In this document: one piece after another, positions 49,204 to 58,055 of the stretch
Position numbering within the stretch: the stretch's first letter is position 1
Layout: every line of letters begins with the position of its first letter
Source: a virus
IMG/VR virus record: IMGVR_UViG_3300048590_000360
Span: 1-64,000 of that record
Length of the DNA: 64,000 bases
Strand: one strand, 5' to 3'
The notes under the pieces: model-generated
Seen by the model: the letters and a program-made list of their open reading frames with translations, nothing else
Told to the model about the DNA's origin: nothing
Databases searched by the model: none
Made by a program: the position numbers and the translations under genes

Positions 49204-49265
49204 CTTTTGTACTTTATTTAAACATTAGTTTTTCAAATTCCCCACCTGACATAAAGCAGTGGGCG

Positions 49266-49472
49266 TTATGCTCCATTGCTACGGAAGTACTCAGAATTAG
49301 CATTTGAGATAACATTTTTATTCTTTTCTTCCTTCGCTTTGAAATAAGAAACAAGAATACTTTCAACCGTGTTATTAAAACTTGGTCTGTTTGTTTCTTC
49401 CCGTTCTTTTTCTATTGCTTCAACTAACCAATCGTTTTTGTCAGTTAGTTTTAATGATATTCTCTTACTCAT
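49266..49472 (-). CDS. ribbon-helix-helix-like protein, paralog a
   Basis: MSKRISLKLTDKNDWLVEAIEKEREETNRPSFNNTVESILVSYF. About 90 percent nt identity to 51266..51451. The stop lies inside gTTAtgc. Confidence 0.6.
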   Translation of the reverse strand: MSKRISLKLTDKNDWLVEAIEKEREETNRPSFNNTVESILVSYFKAKEEKNKNVISNANSEYFRSNGA

Positions 49473-49473
49473 A

Positions 49474-49773
49474 TTACCACCAAATTCTTAATCCAATACA
49501 CCAATTTTCTTCTGCATCCTTATATGAATACATATTAGATAACAAACCAAGTTCTTCTATTTTAACTTGTGCTTTTTCTAAAGAACGCCTCAATAAACCA
49601 TCCATATTTGGTGCGTTACCAATATGCAATTCATTTTTACCTTCTTTAGCAGCATCAACCAATCTTTTCTCTAAATTAATTAATTTGCTGTTAGCCATTT
49701 CTTCAATAGCTTGTTCAACAGTCTGCTTTGTGTTTTTCGCAGTAATTTCTTTAAGTTTATCTGTTGTAATCAT
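49474..49773 (-). CDS. hypothetical cassette protein
   Basis: 99-aa ORF. Its stop lies 1 nt before the RHH-like gene ATG. TACCTTTG box 28 nt upstream. Confidence 0.6.
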   Translation of the reverse strand: MITTDKLKEITAKNTKQTVEQAIEEMANSKLINLEKRLVDAAKEGKNELHIGNAPNMDGLLRRSLEKAQVKIEELGLLSNMYSYKDAEENWCIGLRIWW

Positions 49774-49801
49774 AATTATCTTGTTTTATTAATTTATACG
49801 T

Positions 49802-49809
49802 CAAAGGTA
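49802..49809 (-). promoter_or_regulatory. -7 promoter box (rc TACCTTTG)
   Basis: rc TTATTTGAAACAAAAGTATTACCTTTGACG, 28 nt upstream of ATG 49773. Confidence 0.45.
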
Positions 49810-49942
49810 ATACTTTTGTTTCAAATAACCTAATCTTTTTTCAATTATTTTTTAAAGCGTTGATAATCAGCCACCACACAAAAGAATAAAAATGTTTGTA
49901 GTGCTTCGATTGAAAGAATGTACTAAATTGACCGCAACGAGA

Positions 49943-50038
49943 GCATAACACGTGCTATAAGCAAGTTTGCCAATAACATTTGTGCTAAATTTGAACATTT
50001 CTGCAAGGCAAACCTGCTCATAGCACCATACGTTGTGC
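49943..50038. repeat. attC-like structured repeat
   Basis: Ends GCATAAC-ACG ... CCATAC-GTTGTGC. 20-bp stem gtgctataagcaagtttgcc (49952-49971) / ggcaaacctgctcatagcac (50007-50026) with two A-C (G-T on the minus strand). Confidence 0.6.
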
Positions 50039-50042
50039 GTAA

Positions 50043-50258
50043 TTAAAGTATCTCTACCAATTTACCACTTTCCAATATTTTGGTTAGGCAATTGCCACAC
50101 CTATTTTGTACTGCCGATTCTCCAATAACTTGAAACCTAATCAAGTCATTTAATTTATGATATTCGCCACATCCTAAGCAATTATAACTACGCACAACAT
50201 TATGTATAGCACATTGCTTTTCTACCTTTTTGCTAAATAATTTCTTAATCCAGTTCAT
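50043..50258 (-). CDS. small zinc-ribbon-like cassette protein
   Basis: 71 aa with CAIH...CLGC...CGNC. Confidence 0.5.
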   Translation of the reverse strand: MNWIKKLFSKKVEKQCAIHNVVRSYNCLGCGEYHKLNDLIRFQVIGESAVQNRCGNCLTKILESGKLVEIL

Positions 50259-50322
50259 ATTGTTTTTAATTTAGGTTAGTTGTGGCAACGTGCCATACAC
50301 TCGTCCGTTAGCCGTAATGCCG

Positions 50323-50565
50323 TTAGACATCATCATCACCTTTGACAAGTTCCAACTGACCGACATAGAAATCGCCACAATCTTTTTTATATGCAATGTT
50401 TTTTTGCTTAAATGTTTCTTCTAAATCAGCTTGACATAAGCAATAATCAAGTTCAAGCGTATTGTAATAGTCCTCTTTTATTGGCAAAAAACCAAAGTGA
50501 GTTTCAAATTCTCGTGGCGTTCCTATTTCTACTTCGCCTCTATTTATTACTACGATATGGCACAT
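50323..50565 (-). CDS. hypothetical cassette protein (80 aa)
   Basis: The ORF-track start 50649 would read through repeat 50568..50663, so I trimmed to ATG 50565 (MCHIVVINRGE...). The stop lies inside gTTAgac. Confidence 0.5.
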   Translation of the reverse strand: MCHIVVINRGEVEIGTPREFETHFGFLPIKEDYYNTLELDYCLCQADLEETFKQKNIAYKKDCGDFYVGQLELVKGDDDV

Positions 50566-50567
50566 AC

Positions 50568-50663
50568 GGCTAACAGCGTGTTTATGCAAGCGGGCGGACA
50601 GCTTGCGGTTAATATTTAAGTTCGTGCTATGCCCGCCTGACATAAACACGCAAAACGTTAGGC
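50568..50663. repeat. attC-like structured repeat
   Basis: Ends GGCTAAC-AGC ... GCAAAAC-GTTAGGC (the canonical integron core). Stems gcgtgtttatg (50576-50586) / cataaacacgc (50641-50651) and gcgggc (50590-50595) / gcccgc (50631-50636). Confidence 0.65.
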
Positions 50664-50669
50664 GTAATG

Positions 50670-50891
50670 CTAATCAACCGAAATTAATTTAGCATAGACC
50701 ATTTTTGTATCGAAATGTTCCTCCAAAACTTTAGTTATTTCTTCTATTGAAATATCATCAGCATTTTTAGGGTTAAATCCATATTCCCATTTACAATATT
50801 CATCATCTATTGTAATGATAAAAGCACTACGCCTAACAGCACCTAAATCGCTATTGGCTGTTTTGTGGTTAATTGATTTTTCGTGTTCCAT
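50670..50891 (-). CDS. hypothetical cassette protein
   Basis: 73-aa ORF with ATG start. Confidence 0.5.
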   Translation of the reverse strand: MEHEKSINHKTANSDLGAVRRSAFIITIDDEYCKWEYGFNPKNADDISIEEITKVLEEHFDTKMVYAKLISVD

Positions 50892-50972
50892 TGTTACTTT
50901 ATTTTAAGTTGATAATTCTTTGTTTTAAATCGCCAACAGCGTTTAGCTGCGGAACCGTTATAAAACAGTTTG

Positions 50973-51194
50973 CTATTCAAATTTATCACTCCAACATTTC
51001 ATACTGCAACACGGGGCATACTTGCTATTCATCGGCTTACCGCAATCGCAAACCGATTTTATAACATGGGCTAAACCCAATGCTTGCATTATCGTTTCAT
51101 AATAAAATCCCAAATTACATTCTTCATTTTGTACTCCTTTTTCATATACTTTAAACAGTAGTTTCTCTATTTGCTTTCTTTTTTGCTTTGCCAT
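50973..51194 (-). CDS. small Cys-rich cassette protein
   Basis: 73 aa ending CDCGKPMNSKYAPCCSMKCWSDKFE. Confidence 0.5.
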   Translation of the reverse strand: MAKQKRKQIEKLLFKVYEKGVQNEECNLGFYYETIMQALGLAHVIKSVCDCGKPMNSKYAPCCSMKCWSDKFE

Positions 51195-51265
51195 TTCAAT
51201 TAAATTTTGTTGTTAATAGTCGCACTGTGTTTAGCCCCGTTCCGTTATGCTCCATTGCTACGGAA

Positions 51266-51451
51266 CTACTCCGAATTAGCATTTGTGGTAACATTTTTAT
51301 TCTTTTCTTCCTTCGCTTTAAAATAAGAAACAAGAATACTTTCAACAGTATTGTTAAAACTCGGTCTATTGGTTTGCTCCTGTTCTTTATTTATCGCTTC
51401 AACTAACCAATCGTTTTTGTCGGTTAGTTTTAATGATATTCTTTTACTCAT
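51266..51451 (-). CDS. ribbon-helix-helix-like protein, paralog b
   Basis: MSKRISLKLTDKNDWLVEAINKEQEQTNRPSFNNTVESILVSYF. Shorter C-terminus than paralog a. Confidence 0.6.
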   Translation of the reverse strand: MSKRISLKLTDKNDWLVEAINKEQEQTNRPSFNNTVESILVSYFKAKEEKNKNVTTNANSE

Positions 51452-51650
51452 TTGTTTTCACCTTAATTTCCCACCATTCGTAAAAATCCATTCCTGATTT
51501 ACCTAAACTTTCACCAACAATTGCTGGTTCATCTGTCATTCCTTCCATGTAACCATCATTATATGCTTCATCAGCAATATTTTTAATGAAATCAGTAGCA
51601 TGTTGTTCGCTCAAACCGAGTTTTACAAGTAATTCAATTCTATTTTTCAT
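51444..51650 (-). CDS. hypothetical cassette protein
   Basis: 68-aa ORF overlapping the RHH-like gene start. A 7-bp inverted repeat atcttta/taaagat lies immediately upstream (51651-51678). Confidence 0.55.
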   Translation of the reverse strand: MKNRIELLVKLGLSEQHATDFIKNIADEAYNDGYMEGMTDEPAIVGESLGKSGMDFYEWWEIKVKTNE

Positions 51651-51715
51651 ATCTTTAAATGTTGCTTATCATAAAGATTGAAACGCAATGAAAATACAAA
51701 AGGTTACAACCAAAA

Positions 51716-52504
51716 TCAGATTCCTTTAATTTTATTCATTTCAGCATACTGAATGAGTTGTTCTTCCCTGATAGATATACCAAGTAATGCAAGAACACCC
51801 ATTGCTATTTTATTGAAAGATTCTTCTGGTGCGTCAATATCAATAGATGATGATGAATCATACACCGGTCTTTCATTAGATATGATATACCCCCATACAG
51901 GGGTTTGCGGCTCCCGTAAATAAGTCAAAAACACATCCTGAATACCTTTCTTCGGATATATCTGAATGTATTCGCCAAACAATGTACATATCGGAAATTC
52001 CACTGTAGGCATTCTTATAGAGGAATCAAGATACGTAGCAACCTCATCATCTCTTACAAGGTTCACGTTTTTTTCGTAAGTTATGACGGGTCTTGTTTCT
52101 GTATTATTTGGACTATACCCACATATATTTGAATCTTTATCACCAGAATAAACTTTATATACAACCCTTAACGATGAAAAATGGAGGTACTTCCCTAACT
52201 TTGTTCCTGTTTTATCTTTGGTAGTTCCATCCGGAACGGTTATTTTACCTTCAGAGTTAGGGGATAATGGTGCGGTAACTTTCAAATGTCTGAGATTATC
52301 AATAATCTTAGTAGTCATCTCGTAAGCATATCGTGGAACGGGTCTGCCTGGTTGGTATTCTTCTTCGTTACCATACTGCTTAGAAGTCCATTCCCATAAT
52401 GCCTGTCTTACAATACTATTGAACCTTACAGGGGGTATAGTGCCTTTCCCGTTTTTATTTGAAACGGTGTCAACAAATTGTTTGAAGTTATTAATATTTA
52501 TCAT
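51716..52504 (-). CDS. hypothetical virion structural protein
   Basis: 262-aa ORF, the last gene of the structural operon before array A. Confidence 0.65.
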   Translation of the reverse strand: MININNFKQFVDTVSNKNGKGTIPPVRFNSIVRQALWEWTSKQYGNEEEYQPGRPVPRYAYEMTTKIIDNLRHLKVTAPLSPNSEGKITVPDGTTKDKTGTKLGKYLHFSSLRVVYKVYSGDKDSNICGYSPNNTETRPVITYEKNVNLVRDDEVATYLDSSIRMPTVEFPICTLFGEYIQIYPKKGIQDVFLTYLREPQTPVWGYIISNERPVYDSSSSIDIDAPEESFNKIAMGVLALLGISIREEQLIQYAEMNKIKGI

Positions 52505-52506
52505 AG

Positions 52507-53946
52507 TTATCTTATTTCACTCCATTTAAAGGAAGCTAATACTGAAGCATCTGTTCCGGATGTTCTTATTGCTGCAATCGTTAATATTCCACTTTCGTCA
52601 CCTTGTCTATCCCAAAGTACATTTCGGCCTAATATCCCCGATTGATCTTCTAAGCTATTTTTAGACGTTGCAACGTATTCTGAGTGGACAATATGCCCAT
52701 TGGTGTATGCTGTAGCTGCTATATCGTATTCCATTCCAGACTGTGTAGTATCAACATTATTCCATGAAGCATTAGTTAATAGACAGTCATGTATTACAAT
52801 AAGTTTTATCGGGTTATCTGTTTGAATTGTGAAACTTAAAGGAATGTATATACCTAAGTTTGGTATTGAATTAAATGTGCTTCTTGGCCTGATAGAAATC
52901 AATGGCACTAAAGAGGTACTGATAGTTTTGGTTGTAGTTCCTCTATCTGCAACTCTGTTAAACGCTGGGATATCGAATAAATCATTTCCTCCTTCACTTT
53001 TCACTGTGGCACAGATTCCAGTCATAGTGGCTGAAGCATTTATAGGAATACGATAACAGAACCCTATACCGTTGCTTTCATTACCATATCCTATTTCCAT
53101 GTAGGTATATGTAGCATCATTGTAGATTCTGTAACAGACAGGAAGATTCGGTGTTTGCCAATATCCTGTATTTCTCCTGTTGTCGTTTTTTATCTCATGG
53201 AGACAAGTTATTATCCCATCTCTATTAATCATGTATCTTATTCTACCAACTTTTAACGATTGGAAGTCTAATTCAAAGATTTGGCTTTTATCCCAACTGA
53301 TATCTGTATTAGGATAATCCCATTCGGATTGTGGTACTAATGTAGTAACCGCTGTTCCTGACACGGATGAACGTAGAAAAATGAATGCAGTTCCACCACT
53401 GATAGATGCATAATTTAAGACTCCTGTAATAGATATAAACTGAGAACATCCCGGTGTATAAGGGATAGGGTAACTTGATAATACAGCACCGTCTCCGGTT
53501 CCAGTTGCCACGACTGATAATAGTGCGTGCCTTTTATCAGCGTCGTGTGTTATTGTGCCATTCCCGTTTTCAATCTTATCGAATAACTCTTCCTGAAGGT
53601 CGTAATTAAATTCAGCATCGAATCTGTCACCGTTCTCAGATACTCTTAACCGGCCAAAGGAATCTAAGTTCACGGAATCAGCGAACTTTGTTAAGACTGT
53701 TTCGTATGTTGGGATTATTTCAGGGGCTTCATATTCATCAATCCAAGATTGTATTTCCACTACATATTCTTCCAATGTTTCAAAGTCAGGGACTGTTATT
53801 TCTTGGAAAGGGATTGTTACTTCACCAACAATTAATTGGCCATTCTCTGCATATACTGATAAATCTGCTTTTGAATAAAAGCGAATATCCTTATCATTAT
53901 TATTGATACGGATACGGTCATCGTCATAATTATACAGTTTATACAT
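52507..53946 (-). CDS. virion structural protein (tail/fibre-like)
   Basis: 479-aa ORF in the structural operon. The N-terminus resembles the 78-aa upstream product. Confidence 0.65.
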   Translation of the reverse strand: MYKLYNYDDDRIRINNNDKDIRFYSKADLSVYAENGQLIVGEVTIPFQEITVPDFETLEEYVVEIQSWIDEYEAPEIIPTYETVLTKFADSVNLDSFGRLRVSENGDRFDAEFNYDLQEELFDKIENGNGTITHDADKRHALLSVVATGTGDGAVLSSYPIPYTPGCSQFISITGVLNYASISGGTAFIFLRSSVSGTAVTTLVPQSEWDYPNTDISWDKSQIFELDFQSLKVGRIRYMINRDGIITCLHEIKNDNRRNTGYWQTPNLPVCYRIYNDATYTYMEIGYGNESNGIGFCYRIPINASATMTGICATVKSEGGNDLFDIPAFNRVADRGTTTKTISTSLVPLISIRPRSTFNSIPNLGIYIPLSFTIQTDNPIKLIVIHDCLLTNASWNNVDTTQSGMEYDIAATAYTNGHIVHSEYVATSKNSLEDQSGILGRNVLWDRQGDESGILTIAAIRTSGTDASVLASFKWSEIR

Positions 53947-54175
53947 TATCTATTAATTCCCTAATTTGAATAATAAGTTCGTCAGTGGTATTCCCGTTTG
54001 GAGTAGTAATACTTGAAGGTGTTAAGGATACAACTCTTGTTTCATCACCGATATATATTAATCCATTTTGGGCGTACACATAAGCAGAATCTTTTTGTAT
54101 GATGAAGATATTGTCATTATCAACAACGACTCTTAATAATCCCAATGTGCTATTTTGGTTTACAACTTTAGCCAT
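53939..54175 (-). CDS. hypothetical small structural-module protein
   Basis: 78-aa ORF, coupled on both sides. Confidence 0.5.
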   Translation of the reverse strand: MAKVVNQNSTLGLLRVVVDNDNIFIIQKDSAYVYAQNGLIYIGDETRVVSLTPSSITTPNGNTTDELIIQIRELIDNV

Positions 54176-55905
54176 TATGACCTTGTTAGTTTAACTGTTG
54201 CAATTCCTTTCCCCCCTTTGGTTGTTTTCGCAGTGGTAAGTGTCATAACATCATCTGCCGCAAAAGTATTGTTAGACGAAGGTGTTAAGGTAAATGCTGT
54301 ACCGATTGTACTACTTGCAGTCAGTGTTATGGTACCCATACTTGCTGCTGAGTTATCTTTACAGACTACTGTGGCGTCATCTGTTGCAGCAATATTCTTA
54401 GAAACGGCAACGTACACATGGCTTACTGTACAAGCAAAAGGTATTTTAATCTTCATGTCGCCTACTTCATCTGTCTCAAAACTTACGGGTACTGTTATCA
54501 TTTCATAATTCAGTCTTGGGGCTAATTTTGCGACGGTAACTGCCGCATCATAGATATCAACGGTTGCAATACGGTACCCTGCATCTGGGGACACTAAAAT
54601 ATCTACAGCCCATGTGGTTCCATTATACCAACATTCTATAATCAATCCTCCAACAAGGGCTTCGTGCGCTGTTAATGCCTTGCCTCCGATTGTCACTGAA
54701 TAACTTCCTACAGTTACGTTCCCATTGTAACGTATATAGAAATGGTCGCCTTTAATTGCATCTGTTGTACTTAGTGATATAGCATAGTTTCCTGAAGATA
54801 AAGAAACGGCACCAGACACATCAATAAACCGTTCATCGGTATTTGCAGTAAGTGTTATTGTTGTGTTGTTGGCTACAGTAAGACTTCTTGTAGCATATAA
54901 GGTTGGTGAAATAAGCGGCTGTAATGCTGTACGTATTACTGACACTGTAGGCATTGCATTTCCGGTGCGGAATAATTCGTAATATGTTGCCCCTGCAACG
55001 TCCCACATTAAAGCAATTTTATCGGCTTTATTCCCTAAAACTGCGCTATTAGTACCTGATAATACTATATTCCCTTGCCCTGACCTTACTGTGATTGTCT
55101 TTGCAGTGTTTGGTTCTAAAATAAGTATATCCCCATCAACTTGTCCAGCGAATAGTATTGAATCTAAATTAGTACTTGAACCACTTGTGTCAATTGTGAT
55201 AATTTCAATAGCAGATTGGCGCATCCCATTATTGGTACGGATTAATGTCCCAGCAGAGTTCACTGAATACTCAAACCTTTTTATATTTCCTTGTAGTCCC
55301 TGTGGGATTATGTCTGAGGATATTTCAATAGCGTTGGTCAAACTTGTCGAACTTGCTGCTGTACCACATGAACATCCGGTGGAATCAAAATCCGCATTGA
55401 TAAAGAATCTATAACCGTACACTCCGTCATATAACGTATTTCCGTCACTTCCCCCATCCAAGGTTAATGTTGACGTGAAAGTAGCGTCCCCTGTATTTGT
55501 GATTACTATTGCATATCCGTTTTCCGCGGCACCCCCTGTTTTAGTGAAAATTGCAATATTTCTGTTACTTCTATATGCTGAATAGGTACCGTAATCATTA
55601 ATAGCGTCAACGATATCGTTTGCAATATCTATAACAGCGTCTCCGTTAAGATATGATATGGTACTCATTATAGCGGAACCGTTAATATCTATATCTACGT
55701 TTCCCCCACTTGTAGGTACTGTTGCACCAATCGTAATAAGGTTGTATGCGTTACGTGGCGCGTTACTCCATACCGTTGCTCCGGCAGCCTTTAACCTTCT
55801 GGCACCATCTTCATTGTTCGTGAATGAACTTACTATCGTTGTCCCGTCGGTAGCAACAATATAAACCTTCCCTGTTCCGTTACCAAGATATTGTATTGCA
55901 CTCAT
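54175..55905 (-). CDS. virion structural protein (Thr/Ser/Gly-rich, fibre/decoration-like)
   Basis: 576-aa ORF with a 1-nt overlap with the upstream gene. Confidence 0.65.
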   Translation of the reverse strand: MSAIQYLGNGTGKVYIVATDGTTIVSSFTNNEDGARRLKAAGATVWSNAPRNAYNLITIGATVPTSGGNVDIDINGSAIMSTISYLNGDAVIDIANDIVDAINDYGTYSAYRSNRNIAIFTKTGGAAENGYAIVITNTGDATFTSTLTLDGGSDGNTLYDGVYGYRFFINADFDSTGCSCGTAASSTSLTNAIEISSDIIPQGLQGNIKRFEYSVNSAGTLIRTNNGMRQSAIEIITIDTSGSSTNLDSILFAGQVDGDILILEPNTAKTITVRSGQGNIVLSGTNSAVLGNKADKIALMWDVAGATYYELFRTGNAMPTVSVIRTALQPLISPTLYATRSLTVANNTTITLTANTDERFIDVSGAVSLSSGNYAISLSTTDAIKGDHFYIRYNGNVTVGSYSVTIGGKALTAHEALVGGLIIECWYNGTTWAVDILVSPDAGYRIATVDIYDAAVTVAKLAPRLNYEMITVPVSFETDEVGDMKIKIPFACTVSHVYVAVSKNIAATDDATVVCKDNSAASMGTITLTASSTIGTAFTLTPSSNNTFAADDVMTLTTAKTTKGGKGIATVKLTRS

Positions 55906-57479
55906 TATGCGTCAAGTTTAATGATTATAGTATGTGAAGTGATATTATCGTCTAAGAATACTGCTTTGCCGTATGTCGCCCATCCTGGATTTGCTCTTTC
56001 AATCAAACTGAATGTTACTGAATCCGTTCCATAAGAAGTTATAGTAACATCGAATTCTATTCCGCTTACCACTTGTACATAAGGGTAAATTGGCGTGGTA
56101 TCTCCTGATGTAGCCTTAAAGGATGAAAGTGTAAAACTATTCGGTGATGTCTCCCATATCGTATATGTAGAAGCATTATTATTAACGATACTCACACCCG
56201 AAGTAGTAAACACTGAACCATATTTCTTACTCTTAACTGCTGTAAGTGTAGGCACTAATCCTGCTGTTTTATTTGAAACAATTTGTAACTCATAAAAGAA
56301 TGAATCTGGATTGTCTGTTGTGGCTGAATTGGTAATTGTATAAGTAACTGTACCGTCGGCTGCTGTGGATGAAGATATAGTTATTCCTGTTCCAGCAGCA
56401 AAGTCCAACACTGACATGTTATTCAGTTTATTGTACAGTGCAGTCTGTAATGAAACAGTATAGGTTGTTTGTCCACCAGATTCTACTTCAGTAACGGTCA
56501 CTCCATTTCCTGCCTCTACAATGATATTTGCGACAATTCCTGCAAGACCGGTAAGTAATACGGGAGTTCCTTCAGAGCAACCACAATCATCATTGAAGTC
56601 TCCTAATGCACGGATATCGGCAAGGTAAGCACTAACATGTGTTTGTTTGCCGCATTCAATGGCTTGTTTAGCCAATGACATAATACTAATAGCTTTTTGT
56701 AATTTCGTTAAAGCATCATTTCCGTATGTAGTTCCTTTTGCATTTGTCCAAGTATTCCAAAGTTTCCAAAGTCCGCAATATACATCGCAAAGGTTCGGGT
56801 CACATTGAACGTCTAATTTATGGGTGCAAGTAAGTAAGTCCTTAATATAGATTCCACTTCCCATTGAATAAGTTAAGGTAGAACTTAGTGTAAGGTTATA
56901 TACCAGAATACTATTCTTAACAACGTACACTGAAGTAGTACTAATTGTACTTGTTGTGCCTGTTACGTCTGAAGTATTGGCTACGGCAGGATATACGATT
57001 CTGAAGTCACGTAATACTGTTGGAGCAACTCCCCCTGTAGTATATGAAGTATTATCTGTACCGGTAATTCGTGGAATATTACAATCAACTGTGCCGCCTA
57101 TAGATAATGATACGGGGCTATAATTAAGTGTGTATGTTTTTGTTTTTGTAACGTCATAAGCAACGTCAATACTTGCGCCAGAGATTCTAACCTGATATGT
57201 TACACTGTAGGCTCCTTGTTGAACAGATCCGTCACCCATTAATGGAAGTGAAATGGAATTATTAATGAGTGAAACGTCAGCATCAATATCAGGTTCGGTA
57301 TGGTCTGAATTGGCGTAAATCGTTGTTCCGTCTGGGGCTGTTATGTTGGTAATACATCCTGTGGCTACTGTTGTAGATACGGAAGCTCCTGCATAATCTG
57401 AAGTATCTTGAAGAATGAATACCTTTGGGCTGGAACTATAATCGAATGTTAAATTAAAATCTGCTGATGAAAGTGCCAT
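55905..57479 (-). CDS. virion structural protein (Thr/Ser-rich)
   Basis: 524-aa ORF. TATCTTTG box 17 nt upstream. Confidence 0.65.
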   Translation of the reverse strand: MALSSADFNLTFDYSSSPKVFILQDTSDYAGASVSTTVATGCITNITAPDGTTIYANSDHTEPDIDADVSLINNSISLPLMGDGSVQQGAYSVTYQVRISGASIDVAYDVTKTKTYTLNYSPVSLSIGGTVDCNIPRITGTDNTSYTTGGVAPTVLRDFRIVYPAVANTSDVTGTTSTISTTSVYVVKNSILVYNLTLSSTLTYSMGSGIYIKDLLTCTHKLDVQCDPNLCDVYCGLWKLWNTWTNAKGTTYGNDALTKLQKAISIMSLAKQAIECGKQTHVSAYLADIRALGDFNDDCGCSEGTPVLLTGLAGIVANIIVEAGNGVTVTEVESGGQTTYTVSLQTALYNKLNNMSVLDFAAGTGITISSSTAADGTVTYTITNSATTDNPDSFFYELQIVSNKTAGLVPTLTAVKSKKYGSVFTTSGVSIVNNNASTYTIWETSPNSFTLSSFKATSGDTTPIYPYVQVVSGIEFDVTITSYGTDSVTFSLIERANPGWATYGKAVFLDDNITSHTIIIKLDA

Positions 57480-57496
57480 ATTTATAATATTTGCAA

Positions 57497-57504
57497 CAAA
57501 GATA
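57497..57504 (-). promoter_or_regulatory. -7 promoter box (rc TATCTTTG)
   Basis: 17 nt upstream of ATG 57479. Confidence 0.45.
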
Positions 57505-57550
57505 CATAAAACAATGTAACCTTTATTTTAGGCTTTCGTATATTGCCGAT

Positions 57551-57802
57551 ATGACTGAAAAAGAATTTAGCAAATCCCGTGCAATAAAAAGTGTACTCAG
57601 GTATCTTTCTGTGATACCTGTGGAGTTATCTTATGCAAGTCGTGTAACAACTGCGCGTGATTGTGCGTATGAAGAAGCAAAAATGTTAACGTCAATGGCA
57701 CACACACAGAAAGATATAAGGGTATTAACCTATATTAAGAAATATTTGGCAAACGTGAAATACAAAGATTTAAGGGAGGATTTGTGTAATGCAATGGATT
57801 AA
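57551..57802 (+). CDS. hypothetical protein (opposite-strand island)
   Basis: The ORF-track start 57491 is TTG, so I used ATG 57551 (MTEKEFSKSRAIK...). 83 aa. Confidence 0.5.
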   Translation: MTEKEFSKSRAIKSVLRYLSVIPVELSYASRVTTARDCAYEEAKMLTSMAHTQKDIRVLTYIKKYLANVKYKDLREDLCNAMD

Positions 57803-58040
57803 AATTAAAGAAGATTACGGGTGTGAATTAGCCTGTATCTATCTATTAGATTACCTTAACACTGTTTATGACAGGGTAAGAATAGAAACGTCAAAAAAAA
57901 GGGTTCTTATTACTGGTATTTCCGGTGTTGACGAAGAAGTTTATACTCATAGGTCGTATAGGTCAGAGAAACCTGTCCCTGAGAAATTATTCGATGCCTT
58001 ATACGCTTTTACGTTTAAGGATGCACCACATTTGAATTAA
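57789..58040 (+). CDS. hypothetical protein (opposite-strand island)
   Basis: 83-aa ORF whose ATG overlaps the upstream gene end by 14 nt. Confidence 0.5.
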   Translation: MQWIKIKEDYGCELACIYLLDYLNTVYDRVRIETSKKRVLITGISGVDEEVYTHRSYRSEKPVPEKLFDALYAFTFKDAPHLN

Positions 58041-58055
58041 GGAAAGTTTATGTGA

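Larger units (their letters stand above)
48296..51265 (-). mobile_element. integron-like cassette array A adjacent to the recombinase gene
   Basis: Ten small co-oriented ORFs separated by attC-like repeats. The junction core GTTAGGT lies 42 nt from the recombinase ATG. Confidence 0.4.

Noticed and set aside
14876-50649. ORF-track N-terminal extensions (starts at 14288, 14931, 15764, 20115, 20383, 22302, 44031, 45453, 48515, 50649, 57491)
   Set aside because: Most of these start codons are TTG or GTG, and 44031 is an upstream ATG. The extensions run through terminator hairpins, TAnnTTTG boxes or attC-like elements. A downstream ATG with better context exists in each case.
26455-50663. attC-like hairpins as ordinary rho-independent terminators
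   Set aside because: Most lack a following U tract on the transcribed strand, unlike the clear terminators at 2151, 20096, 42486, 58056 and 63195. They also carry conserved AAC/GTT ends and an asymmetric bulge that terminators do not need. An RNA-level role (processing, stability, U-tract-independent termination) is not excluded and remains the main alternative to the integron-like reading.
50830-50839. GCCTAACAGC (rc GCTGTTAGGC) inside the 5' part of ORF 50670..50891 as a separate attC-like element
   Set aside because: I found no convincing partner arm. The upstream short element 50931-50963 already has both ends. This is probably a remnant or chance.
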